Assembly: GCF_006345805.1 (NCBI RefSeq)
Contig: NC_043000.1
Span: 1,116,001 to 1,180,000 of the forward strand
DNA from: Octopus sinensis
Taxonomy: Eukaryota
Reading direction: 5' to 3'
Length of the DNA stretch: 64,000 nucleotides
Shown: positions 1 to 11,374 of the stretch, in pieces
Layout: each line of letters starts with the position of its first letter
Position numbering within the stretch: position 1 is the first letter of the stretch
Position numbers and translations under genes: made by a program
The notes under the pieces: generated by a model
Database searches by the model: none
What the model saw: only the letters and a program-made list of their open reading frames with translations
What the model was told of the DNA's origin: nothing

Positions 1-6
1 TATATA

Positions 7-198
7 TCGTTTTGGGATTTGGTTTGCAAGATTCTTTATATGAGTTCGTGTGTTGAAGCATATTCTGTTGTGTCTGGGGAGAGGCATTTTCTTTTTGTGC
101 TTTATAACGTAACACACTCACCGGTAAAATTTACACTTATTTCTTATTTTTATTTTCCTAAAAGTTTCGTTGCGTCTTGCAACCTTTTCAATAGTCTT
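7..198 (+). mobile_element. Single arm of the fold-back element at 57646-58032
   Basis: Highly similar to 57641-57836 (ggatttggtttgcaagattctttatatgagttcgtgtgttgaagc...caaccttt...atagtctt). Confidence 0.75.
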
Positions 199-779
199 GC
201 AATCCAGGAACAGGAAATATTAACCAAGTACCTGATGCACAAAAGGGATAGAGATGCAGGAAAGCAGTAAAATGTGACAACAGATGCAGACTTTGCGGAA
301 TTCACACTGAAGATATCACCCACATCATAAGCAGTTGTCCGAAAATGCCATCACGGTATAATCTACTGATGAGACATAACGTTGTAGCTAGGACATTCTG
401 TAATGAAATCCGTCGGAAGGATAATCCCTAGGACAAGAAATTAGGAACCCACAATATGGTAGAAGCCATAGCCACTCATAAGAAAGGAATATTGGTTTTA
501 TGTCCCAGTGAAGACCTCAATAAAATGTAAGCATAACAGACGTGATATAATGATTTAGAATGCTGAAAATCAGTGAAAAAGAGAACACCTATGCTTAACT
601 ATTGAGAAATTTGCAGTTACTCTATCCAGATTACAAGTTCAGGTTTATACCTGTAACTATTGGGGCCCCTGAAATATGTAACGCACTGCCTAAATTCTTA
701 TGAAGGAGTTTTAGATCTTGGTTAGAAGCCGGTTCTTTCTCTATTGGCAAGAAATCTTGAAATAAACGGAATAATGAAA
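199..779 (+). mobile_element. Degenerate 3' part of an R4/Dong-like (RLE-endonuclease) non-LTR retrotransposon
   Basis: Translation across stops/frameshifts: AIQEQEILTKY...CDNRCRLCGIHTEDITHIISSC...RHNVVA (CCHC knuckle), KHNRRDIMI (RPD-like), LQLLYPDYKFRFIPVTIGA. 3' UTR shared with 20930-21040 and followed by (CATA)n. Confidence 0.8.
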
Positions 780-1258
780 TACATACACTCATACATATAT
801 AAATACATACATGCATTCATACATACATTCATAAATGCATGCATACATACATACATACATACATACATACATACATACATACATACATAGTGGAGGCACA
901 TGGCCTAGTGGCTAGAGCAGCAGACTCGCGGTCGAGAGATCGCGCGTTCGAATCTCAGACCGGGCGATGTGTGTGTTTATGAGTGAAACACCTAAGCTCC
1001 ACGCGGCTCCGGCAGAAGGTTATGGCGAACTTCTGCTGACTCTTTCGCCACAACTTTCTCTCACTCTTTCCTCCTGCATCTTGCAGCTCACCTGCGACGG
1101 ACCGGCGTCCCGTCCAGGCGGGGAACCTGCACGGCAAGGAAACCGGGAAACCGGCCCTTATGAGCCAGGCATGGCTCGGGAAAAAATAAACATACATACA
1201 TACATACATACATACATACATACATACATACATACATACATACATACATACATACATA
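780..1258. repeat. (CATA)n microsatellite split by a SINE
   Basis: CATA runs at 780-889 and 1191-1258. Confidence 0.95.
890..1190 (+). mobile_element. tRNA-derived SINE (ggaggc-head family, tail type 1)
   Basis: Box A TGGCCTAGTGG and box B-like GTTCGAATC; head and body shared with 54560 and 56422. Confidence 0.85.
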
Positions 1259-1374
1259 CTGAACTTGGGATCTTGGGGAGAGAATGCAATTCTTTATTTC
1301 ATATGCTATATATGATCACAGTACTAGGAACAATTAAAATCTGCAAGGCCTTCTTAAGATTTAAAGGATGTTAG
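1259..1374 (+). mobile_element. C-terminal fragment of an R4/Dong-like ORF
   Basis: ...ITVLGTIKICKAFLRF* resembles the ORF end of the 21300 copy (ITGTVKI). Confidence 0.5.
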
Positions 1375-1703
1375 TTGAAACAAGGTACTTTCTTTTACAA
1401 CCTTGCTACCACCCAGGTGAAAATTTATTCTCCATATTAAAAGACAAAGAGAACATATGAAGAAGTCCTCAACTTGGATATCGGGATTAGTAAGACACTA
1501 ACACTTGCTAATAAGATCTACAACATCAGTGATACTGAACAGTATCCATGTAAGAAGTGGGGACGGAGATAGAGGTACAAAATCAGACCAGAATACCTTT
1601 GAGTGCAGCGTTGTATCAATTTTCCTAAAGGCATTGGAATGCGGAAGTTCAGTCTTGACATTAGACCCTTGGATCTAACCAGTCTACGAGGCCCTGCAAA
1701 GAT

Positions 1704-2091
1704 ATTTTATTTATTTTTTTTTTAAATTTTATTTCATCTAGTTTCAGCTCACGAGTTGTGGCCATGCTGGGGCGCCGCCATTTGGTGTTGCAACATGATT
1801 TTACTTCACGAATGCTTTTTAGCATTTGACATTTGGTGCATGAGTTTGATGCAGCTGCCCTCATCTGCACCTCCTGCCGCGAAGTTGGGTCATCTGGGAC
1901 ACCTGACAGGAAGAGGTCCGGCTTTATTCTGAAGACACCTACATCCACCCCATGCAGGTCTCTCGAGTCCTTCGGGAGGATATTGAAGAGATTGTAGAGC
2001 TTTGAATCCTAGGATATTGCAGTTTCTTGTGGTACACCTTGATGGCAAACTTGGAGTCCTTGGCACTACGCAGATAAAGAATACTGACCCC
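1704..2091 (-). mobile_element. 3' end of a CR1/L2-group LINE
   Basis: Minus-strand GFKALQSLFNIL...GVDVGVFRIKPDLFLSGVPDDPTSRQEVQMRAAASNS, then a short 3' UTR and A-rich tail. Confidence 0.7.
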
Positions 2092-2203
2092 TAAACTCTA
2101 CACACGCGCGCGTGTAAGTGTGTGTACGCTGCCTCTTTAATTTAGAATAAATTTTCACCGGTCACCTGCAAGGTTGGCTTGTAGGATTTTAGAGTTCCTA
2201 ATA

Positions 2204-2456
2204 CCGTAATCGGTCGGCTATCGTGGGTGTTACTTTCTAAAAAACCCCGCGATAGGTAAAAATCCGCGAAGTAGAAACAGTACTATAATGTATGTTTTTA
2301 TTATTATTAGTTTTGTAATTTGCATATATTTATTCTATTAAAAATTTAAAACAACACCACGGAATAATCGACGTAAGCTTAAATAATAAACCGCGATAGG
2401 TGAACCACGATAGGTGAACCGCGATAGGTGAACCGCGATATGGCGAGGGATTACTA
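2204..2456. mobile_element. pogo/Tigger-type MITE
   Basis: Right end reverse-complements to tagtaatccctcgccatatcgcgg; degenerate left end ccgtaatcggtcggctatcgtgg; internal ataggtgaaccgcg x3. Confidence 0.5.
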
Positions 2457-2472
2457 TATTGTGATCATTTGC

Positions 2473-2640
2473 AGTATGTATGTATGTGTGTATGTATGTA
2501 TGTATGTATGTATGTATGTATGCGTGTGTGCGTGTGTGTGTGTGTGTGTGTGAATGTATGCATGTATTATGGATGGATGGATGGATGGATTCATGTATGC
2601 ATGCTTGTATGCATGTATGTGTGTGTGTATGCATGTATGC

Positions 2641-2672
<32 letters not shown>

Positions 2673-3263
2673 GTATGTATGCATGTATGCTTGTATGTAT
2701 GTCTGTCTGTATGTATGTACGCATGCATGTATGTCTGTATGTATGTGTATATGTATGTATGCATGTATGTATGTATGCATGCATGTATGCATGTATGCAT
2801 GTATGTATGCATGTATGTATGTATGTATGTATGTATGTATGCATGTATGTATGCATGTATGCATGTATGTATGTATGTATGTATGTATGCATGTATGTAT
2901 GTATGTATGTATGCATGTATGTATGTATTATGTATGTATGTATGCATGTATGTATGTATGTATGTATATATGTATGTATGTATGCATGTATGTATGTATG
3001 TATGCATGTATGTATGTATGTATGCATGTATGTATGTATGTATGTATGTATGTATGTATGCATGTATGCATGTATGTATGTATGTATGTATGTATGAATG
3101 TATGTATGTATGTACGTATGCATGTATGCATGTATGTATGTATGCATGTATGTATGTATGTATGTATGTATGATGTATGTATGTATGTATGTATGTATGT
3201 ATGTATGTATGTATGTATGTATGTATGTATGTATGTATGTATGAATGTATGTATGTATGTATG
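2473..3263. repeat. ~790-bp compound (TATG)n/(TGCA) microsatellite
   Basis: Direct reading; source of the spurious YVCM/HTYI ORFs. Confidence 0.97.
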
Positions 3264-3843
3264 CCGTATGTAACTTATGCGGATCACAACTTTGGTAGTA
3301 GCTAGTTCAAAGTCATTGACAAATAACAGGAAATAAAGTTTAAGTGTACAAATTAGTTTAGGATACTCTGTGGTATTCATGCCTCTCCCGAGGACGTTAG
3401 TTTTTCTTTTATTTTCTTTTTTTACATTTCTTTTTGTTTGTTTTTTCTTTAATGAAGCAATAAATATATATTTTTACAAAGGGGAACGACGAAACGAAGT
3501 GGTAGTAGATCGCCTAGTTAGTCTTGTCAGTCGTCGTTACCATTATCGGTTAGTTTAGACTATTGTCGGAATTGGTCAGACAGAAGTTAAAAATTATAAA
3601 CATTGCCGATTGCTGGGAATACCTGGGTAGCGAGCGGCACTGGGCCGTGCCCTAAGCTGGCTAACCGTATTGGGGTTAGCGTATCGAGTACGCTGACCAA
3701 CGAAAAGGGAGACGTTCGAATCAACATGAAAGCTAAAAGCTGGGAAAATCTTTCGTGGTGAGTTGACGCTGGTTTGAAATCTGTTACTTGTCTGGTATAT
3801 ATTTTAATTAGTTAAAGGCTGTACTGTGTTACGTTAATAGAGA

Positions 3844-3884
<41 letters not shown>

Positions 3885-4024
3885 ATAGTTTGGTTGTTGT
3901 GGTTGTTATTGTTAATATAGTCACTTCGCTCGTATTAAGCTGTGATGTAATAATGTATTTCACTCGCTGACTCGTTTAAGGACAACGTTCTGGCTTTTAT
4001 TGATATCTTGATGTCTGCTTGTTT

Positions 4025-4050
4025 TCCCCCATTTTCTCTCTCTCTCTATC

Positions 4051-4117
<67 letters not shown>

Positions 4118-4245
4118 TTCTCTCTCTCTATCTATCTAGCTGTCTATCTGTCTGTCTGTCTGTCTATCTATCTAGCTATCTATCTATCTCCTTCTCTACC
4201 TTTCCGTTTCAAACACACCTTACTGACATATATATATATATATAT

Positions 4246-4279
<34 letters not shown>

Positions 4280-4481
4280 CCGGAGTAAACACATAATGTG
4301 AAACAAGGTGGAAAAAACAGTACTCAAATACCAGTGGTAGGAGTAATATACTGTATTTAAAAGCAGCAGAAAATTCAACAAAACCTGTTACTCGGAGTTC
4401 CACGTTCCGTTCGTCCGACGAACGGGAACGTGGAAACTCCGAGTAACGGGTTTTTGTTGAATTTCTGCTGCTTTTAAATAA

Positions 4482-4539
<58 letters not shown>

Positions 4540-4699
4540 ATAATATATATGCACACACACACGTACACACACGTACACACACACATGTGTATGTAGTTAG
4601 GTGTGTGTATATGTATGTGGATGTATCCATAGTAGGCACGTTTGTATGTATGTATCCATGCACGTATTTGTATATGTATGCATACATGAGTCTGTCTCA

Positions 4700-4730
<31 letters not shown>

Positions 4731-4987
4731 CTGCATCTACATGTCTAGGCATGATTAGTTTGTCTATCTATCGCGTTGCCTTCGCTCGTCTGTCTATCCT
4801 GGTCTATCCGAATTTGTCACCGTATTTTCTTAGTCCATCTGTCTATCCCGTGTGTGTGTCTGTCTATTTATGTTTCCCTGCGCTTATTTATCCTTCCGTA
4901 TCTATCCATCCGTCCATCTATGTCTCTATCTGACTAGTTATCAATCAATCTATCAATCTATATCTGACTACCTATCTATCTATCTAC

Positions 4988-5018
<31 letters not shown>

Positions 5019-5276
5019 CCTATCTATCTATCTATCTATCTATCTACCTATCTATATATCTATCAAGATGTTTATCCACTTACTTACTTGTCAGCAATCC
5101 TGATGTATTTAAGTATGTGTATTTCTCCAATTATATTAGTATATCTGTTCATCTCTATATACCTATATGTGTCTCTCTGTCTCTTCCTGTCCGTCTTTCT
5201 CTTGTCCATCCATCATTCACATCAGAGAAGGAGGGAAAGAAAAGAGACAGACAGGTAGACAGGTAGACAGACAGAC

Positions 5277-5331
<55 letters not shown>

Positions 5332-5356
5332 CAGATAGATAGATAGATAGATAGAC

Positions 5357-5421
<65 letters not shown>
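4025..5421. repeat. Cluster of (TC)n, (TA)n, (TG)n, (TATC)n and (GATA)n microsatellites
   Basis: Direct reading. Confidence 0.9.
4278..4482. mobile_element. Hammerhead-bearing fold-back element in (TA)n (family B)
   Basis: Same family as 44890-45143; inverted arms ~4354-4414 and ~4416-4481 meet at the ribozyme core (tcgtc c gacga). Confidence 0.75.
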
Positions 5422-5423
<2 letters not shown>

Positions 5424-5694
5424 AAGGAAGAGAGAGGATGAGTATGCGCGAGAGATTAGCTGGGTAGTTCATTTAGGCCAACAGGATTAACCCCACCCCC
5501 ACCTTATAGCAATCCCCACTATCTCCGCACAGTCTCATAGTCTCCAGTACCACAGTTGCTTAACCCGCTACATACTGCATCAGCTTTGGCAGTGCTACCT
5601 GTCAACAAATTTAGCTGTTTATTATTAACTTCTGCACAGATGTCTCCCCACTAGTTGCTTGCTATTCGCAGTTCAATGGTATACTCTGTTTCTG

Positions 5695-6077
5695 GCGAAA
5701 TGCTCAGCGGTATTTCGTCTGTCTTTACGTTCTGAGTTCAAATTCCGCCGAGGTCGACTTTGCCTTTCGTCCTTTCGGGGTCGATAAATTAAGTACCAGT
5801 GAAGCACTGGGGTCGATATAATCGACCTAATCCCGTTGTCTGTCCTTGTTTGTCCCCTCTGTGTTTAGCCCCTTGTGGGTAGTAAAGAAACAGGTATTTC
5901 GTCTGCCGCTACGTTCTGAGTTCAAATTCCGCCGAGGTCGACTTTGCCTTTCATCCTTTCGGGGGTCGATTAAATAAGTACCAGTTACGCACTGGGGTCA
6001 ATATAATCGACTTAATACCTATGTCTGTCCCTGTTTGTCCTCTCTGTGTTTAGCCCCGTGTGGGTAATAAAGAAATA
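5695..6077 (+). mobile_element. 5'-truncated SINE, two 184-bp tandem units (tail A)
   Basis: Units start ggtatttcg at 5709 and 5893; 17-bp TSD ggtatactctgtttctg at 5678-5694 and 6078-6094. Confidence 0.9.
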
Positions 6078-6392
6078 GGTATACTCTGTTTCTGTTTACG
6101 AATATAACTTATTGTAAGCCAAGCTGTAAGAGAGTTACAACAGTGGCTCAAGGGCCGAGAGTTTCGTGCCATGCATGGGACTTTCGGCCCTCGAGTCACT
6201 CTTCTTAATTCTGCCGATTAAAATCAATATATAAAAAAGTATATGAATGTGCTTATGTATTGAGTACTATTCTCTTCCTTCTATCAGACACATCCTCTCT
6301 CTCTCCCATCCTTTCTCTCTCCCTCTCTCCCTCTCGCTCTCTCTCTCCCTTTCTCCCCCTCTCTCTTCTCTCTCTCTCTCTGCATTTATATG

Positions 6393-6547
6393 TGTGTGTG
6401 TGCCGGGTTCAGTCTTCTACTGTATCCTCGGCAAATGTCGTCTACTGTAGCCTCGGGCCGACCAAAATCTTGTGAGTGAATTTGGTAGACGGAAACTAAA
6501 AGGAAGCCCGTTGTGTAGATACATGTGTGTGCGTGTGTGTGTGTGTG

Positions 6548-6581
<34 letters not shown>

Positions 6582-6745
6582 ATGTGTGTTCTCTGCCCCA
6601 CCACCATCGCTTGACAACCGATGTTGGTGTGTATTACGTCCCCGTAACTTAGCAGTTCGGCAAAAGAGATCGATAGAATAAGTACTAGGCTCACAAAGAA
6701 TAAGTCCTGGGGTTGATTTGTTCGACTAAAGGCAGTGTTCCAGCA
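6393..6745 (+). mobile_element. Dominant tRNA-derived SINE, degenerate
   Basis: ccgggttcagtc...gccgaccaaaatcttgtgagtgaatttggtagacggaaac...cgatagaataagtact. Confidence 0.8.
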
Positions 6746-6780
6746 ACAAATAAAAGAATAAAAGAATACATATATATATA

Positions 6781-7094
6781 TTATTTACATTTGACGGATA
6801 TTTGTCCTCATCTTGTTTGCTGTTAACATAACGTTTCCGCTAATATACCTATTTCTTTATTACCCACAAGGGGCTAAACATAGAGGGGACAAACAAGGAC
6901 AGACATAGGTATTAAGTCGATTACATCGACCCCAGTGCGTAACTGGTACTTAATTTATCGAAAGGCAAAGTCGACCTCGGCGGAATTTGAACTCAGAATG
7001 TAACGGCAGCCGAAATACCGCGTAGCATTTCGCCGGCGCGCTAACGTTTCTGCCAGCTCGCTGCCTTGTTTCGGCTAATATACCCTCTAGCCTT

Positions 7095-7099
<5 letters not shown>
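6781..7099 (-). mobile_element. Hammerhead tail (family A) interrupted by a tail-A SINE at 6850-7067
   Basis: Removing the SINE restores tgatgaaggctagagggtatattagccgaaacgtt...ccgtcaaatgtaaataa; TSD gtttc(c/g)gctaatatacc at 6833-6849 and 7068-7084. Confidence 0.85.
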
Positions 7100-7132
<33 letters not shown>

Positions 7133-7140
<8 letters not shown>

Positions 7141-7381
7141 ATCGCGTGACCGACCAGGCTATCAGATGTTGCTACACATCGCTGGTCACAGTGCGCTTCG
7201 CATTGTTTTAGCCTTCAAATGACGCCACCCCACTGGCTAAGCGAGCAGGCCAACAGAAATTTGCAGCGAAAGAGTACAACAGGGATCGCCGCCACCACCC
7301 TCTGCCAGAGCCTCGTGGAGCTTTAGGTATTTTGGCTCACAACGCGAGTTCGATGCCCTAACCACTGGGCCATTGCGCCTC
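7133..7381 (-). mobile_element. ggaggc-head SINE with tail type 3, internally deleted
   Basis: Minus strand starts ggaggcgcaatggcccagtggttagggc; the tail ends in (TA)n. Confidence 0.75.
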
Positions 7382-7389
7382 CGCTATAA

Positions 7390-7451
<62 letters not shown>

Positions 7452-7632
7452 TTATTGTTATATATACGTACATATTAATGTACGTTTATATATTGTATAC
7501 GTACATTAATATACACACACTCACACACACATATATATACATACATACATACATACATAATTTTTAATCCGTCTGTTGTATAACATGTGATGTGTGTGTG
7601 TGTGTACATCAATTTGTACACACAAAAGTACC

Positions 7633-7666
<34 letters not shown>

Positions 7667-7686
7667 TAGATAGATAGATAGATAGA

Positions 7687-7764
7687 TATGTTTCTTTATA
7701 AGCCACACAGGGCTGCACACAGACGGGACAAATTACAAGGTAGAGCTTTTCTTTGGGGGGGGGA

Positions 7765-7765
<1 letters not shown>
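7687..7765 (-). mobile_element. Extreme 3' end of a Tx1-like LINE inside (GATA)n
   Basis: Homologous to 15873-15990 and 40287-40547; end resembles the Tx1-like 3' end at 31262-31292. Confidence 0.65.
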
Positions 7766-7849
<84 letters not shown>

Positions 7850-8026
7850 CAGATGGATGGATGGATGAATTGTAAAATTCAGACGAAACTGCGTAACCGT
7901 TAACCTTTACTCAAAAATCTATGTAAATTCATGTATTTCCAATAATCAATCAGGTATTAAACATCGTTTGGTCTTTAATTTTCGTTTGCTATTATATATA
8001 TATTTGAATAGATTACGAGCTGTGTA

Positions 8027-8385
8027 CCTAAGATCAGAATAAAACTGGAGATTCCGTTGTAACCAAAAACAAAAAAAATAATTATTCATTATATAATACA
8101 TAATCTTTTAATACGTAATCTTTACATGTGTTTCACTAGCGTATATTAGTATGATGTACGATACTCGTTACAGAGGTGGCTATATGGTCACTTTTGTGAA
8201 CTACCTGCAGGATGTATCTGCCTTCTAACTTAAGTCGGTAATAAACAATGGCTCTTGCGTATAGAGTAACTACGCAACCCATCAGTTTAACGACTAGTAT
8301 ATGCTAGTGAAACACGTGTAAAGATTATGTAATTTATGATGTAATAATAATTTTTAAGCGAATCTCCAGTTTATTCTAATCTTGG
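8027..8385. mobile_element. MITE with long imperfect TIRs, TA-flanked
   Basis: Arm ~8027-8150 reverse-complements ~8293-8385; TA on both sides. Confidence 0.65.
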
Positions 8386-8429
8386 TATGCATACATGTAT
8401 ATATGTCTGTATGCACGTACATATATATA

Positions 8430-8978
8430 GTTAAAGGCGCGAAATTGTAATAATCTTTTTGACGTTGACTGTAATTAAGATCGTTCCGCTGACCTCCCTG
8501 AATAGGGAGGAGAGAGCCCTGTTTTCTCTCGGTAGTTGCTGTGGCGAAAGAAGTAGTATGGAAGACGAGAGTGAAAGGAATTGCGACAGGCATGTTCATC
8601 TCCAATCTCGAGCTAATTGACTTTTTCGTTTTCCACATGAAACGGAAAATAAGGCTGGAGAAGAAATGCCTATCGCAAGGTGTGTTTCGTAAAAGATGGA
8701 AGTATATAGCAAGTATGTTACGAGTGAAAGAACCTGTTTAAACGAGAATATAAAAAAGGAGAAAGCAAAGTCTTCAATGTGAGTCTGTGGTTTGTGGGGT
8801 CGACCGCGTCCTCCGCTTCAGTTTTTGTTAATCACTCATTCTCTTTTAATTGTATATATTTTAATTGTTTGTTTATTCATACGTTTCGTCTCATTCGATA
8901 CCCTGACCCCAATGTTCGTTTTGTCTGTCCTCGTATCGTCCCCTCTTTTTTTTCAACTTCATGGTTTATAAAGAAATT
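8430..8978 (+). mobile_element. 3' end of a Tx1-like (L1 clade) LINE
   Basis: AKEVVWKTRVKG...FFVFHMKRKIRLEKKCL...FRKRWK matches the C-termini at 29905 and 31528; 3' UTR ends ataaagaaat. Confidence 0.75.
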
Positions 8979-9169
8979 GACTGATGAGAAATAAGCTACG
9001 AATTTTCTGTTTGATATGTTTTTATATTTCCGTTTGTTGTGTTTTTTGTTGAATTGTTTTTAAATGCGCCCGCGCGTGTGTGTGTGTGTGTGTGTACACG
9101 CGTGGCAGTCATTTAGTTTAGAACACCACTTCCATCTTTGTCGATCAGCAGTCAAGAGATCGGGAAAAA

Positions 9170-9751
9170 TATTGGTTTCAGATTTCGGGTACAAGCCCAG
9201 CAATTTTAAGGGAAGTGAAAGTCGTTTACATCGACTCTAGTGTTCAGTTAGCATTCATTTCATCGATCGCGAAATGATGGAAGCCAAAGTCGATTTCAAC
9301 GGAATTTGAATTCAGAACGTAAAGACGGACGAAATGCGAACAATTCTTATTTCTTTATTGCCCACAAGGGGCTAAACACAGAGGGGACAAACAAGGACAG
9401 ACAAACGGATTAAGTCGATTACATCGACTCCAGTACATAGCTGGTACTTATTTAATCGACCCTGAAAGGATGAAAGGCAAAGTCGACCTCGGCGGAATTT
9501 GAACTCAGAACGAAAAAACAGACGAAATACTATTTCTTTACTACCCACAAGGGGCTAAACACAGAGGGGACAAACAAGGACAGACAAACGGATTAAGTCG
9601 ATTACATCGACCCCAGTACATAACTGCTACTTATTTAGTCGACCCTGAAAGGATGAAAGGCAAAGTCGACCTCGGCGGAATTTGAACTCAGAACATAACG
9701 GCAAACGAAATACCACTAAGCGTGCTAACGTTTCTGCCAGCTCGCTGCCTT
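9170..9751 (-). mobile_element. Tandem SINE array (head-A-A-B)
   Basis: Three copies of the gaggtcgactttgcctttcatcc core; full head aaggcagcgagctggcag ends at 9751. Confidence 0.85.
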
Positions 9752-10229
9752 CAAAGGGAAAATAATGACCTTGAGTCATGATCGCTTTGAGCTTTTTCGC
9801 TTTGCTCATTTTTTATTTTTTAATTATGCAAAATACTCTAAGCCATAGATATTTTTTCACTTTTTTTATATATATGTTTATGTCTTATACCCACTGATGA
9901 CGCCTATTAAAGTAGAAACGTGTCCAAAGCCAGACTATCTTTTCTTCTATGGCATATCAATTCCAGAGAATTCTGAATTTTCGGCATTATATATATTCTT
10001 CTGAAAGAGAAGGTATAATGTTGAGAATCCATATCAATAAATTGATTTCAAATTCTAGCACAAAGCCAACGATTTCGGAGATCCCCAGTACTCAACTGGT
10101 ACTTATTCTCTCGACCTCGAAAGGATGAAAGGCAAAGTCGACCTTGAATTTTAATTCAGACAATAAAGTCAGACGAAATATCGCTAAGCATTTCGGTACG
10201 CGTGTTAACGATTCTGCCTATATTACGAG

Positions 10230-10470
10230 ACATTCTTTAAAAAGCCTGGGACTTATTCTATCAGTTTCTTTTGCTGAACTGCTAAGTTACAGGGATAAAA
10301 ACACGCCAACATTAGTTGTGAAGTTGTGGTGGAGGACAAACACACACACACACGACGAGCTTCTTTCAGTTTCCGTCTATCAAATCCACTCACAAGGTTT
10401 TGGCAAACTCGAGGCTATAGTAGAAAACTCTTGCCCAAGGTGCCACGCAAGCTTCCTACCACATCCACTC
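10230..10470 (-). mobile_element. Dominant SINE, degenerate
   Basis: ttctttcagtttccgtctatcaaatccactcacaagg motif. Confidence 0.7.
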
Positions 10471-10601
10471 CTACCCCTATAACCAAATTATTTTTCAATA
10501 TGATTTGCTGTGGTTTGGTTATTAGAATTCTCAAAATGAATTTATTCATTTAAATGTAAATGTCTGGAACATTATCAGTTTAATAATATCAAAAGCATGT
10601 T

Positions 10602-11374
10602 AAGGCGGCGAGCTGGCAGAATCGTTAGCACGCTGGATGAAATGCTTAGCGGTATTTCGTCTGCCGCTACGTTCTGAGTTCAAATTCCGCCGAGGTCGAC
10701 TTTGCCTTTCATCCTTTCGGGGTCGATAAATTAAATACCAGTTACGCAGTGGGGTCGATATAACCGACTTAATCTGTTTGTCTGTCCTTGTTTTCCCCCT
10801 CTGTGTGTAGCCTCTTGTGGGCAGTAAAGAAATAGGTATTTCATCTGTCTTTACGTTCTGAGTTCAAATTCGTCCGAGATCGACTTTGCCTTTCATCCTT
10901 TCGGAGTCGGTAAATTGAGTACCAGTTACGCAGTGGGATCGATATAACCGACTTAATCTGTTTGTCTGTCCTTGTTTTCCCCCTCTGTGTGTAGCCTCTT
11001 GTGGGCAGTAAAGAAATAGGTATTTCGTCTGTCTTTATGTTCTGAGTTCAAATTCCTCCGAGATCGACTTTGCCTTTCATCCTTTCGGGGTCGATAAATT
11101 AAGTACCAGTTACGCAGTGGGGTCGATATAACCGACTTAATCTGTTTGTCTGTCCTTGTTTTCCCCCTCTGTGTGTAGCCTCTTGTGGGCAGTAAAGAAA
11201 TAGGTATTTCGTCTGTCTTTATGTTCTGAGTTCAAATTCTTCCGAGATCGACTTTGCCTTTCATCCTTTCGGAGTCGGTAAATTAAGTACCAGTTGCGTA
11301 CTGGAGTCGATCTAATCGACTGGCCCGCTCTCCCAAAAATTTCGGGCCTTGTGCCAAGAGTAGAAAAGAATATT
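10602..11374 (+). mobile_element. SINE array of four 184-bp units (head-A-A-A-B) in one TSD
   Basis: Units at 10651, 10835, 11019 and 11203; TSD aaaagcatgtta at 10591-10602 and 11375-11386. Confidence 0.92.

Noticed and set aside
1520-1660. YPCKKWGRR-like peptide fragment
   Set aside because: Interrupted by stops; family could not be assigned.
2338-3380. Overlapping 130-270 aa ORFs
   Set aside because: Translations of (TATG)n.
3612-3630. gggaatacctgggt similar to 5S rRNA
   Set aside because: Too short; flanks do not match 5S.
6151-6191. 15-bp imperfect hairpin
   Set aside because: Isolated, several G-T pairs, no second copy seen.
9886-9932. CTGATGA...GAAACGTGTC hammerhead-like motif
   Set aside because: No stem I complement after the putative cleavage site.
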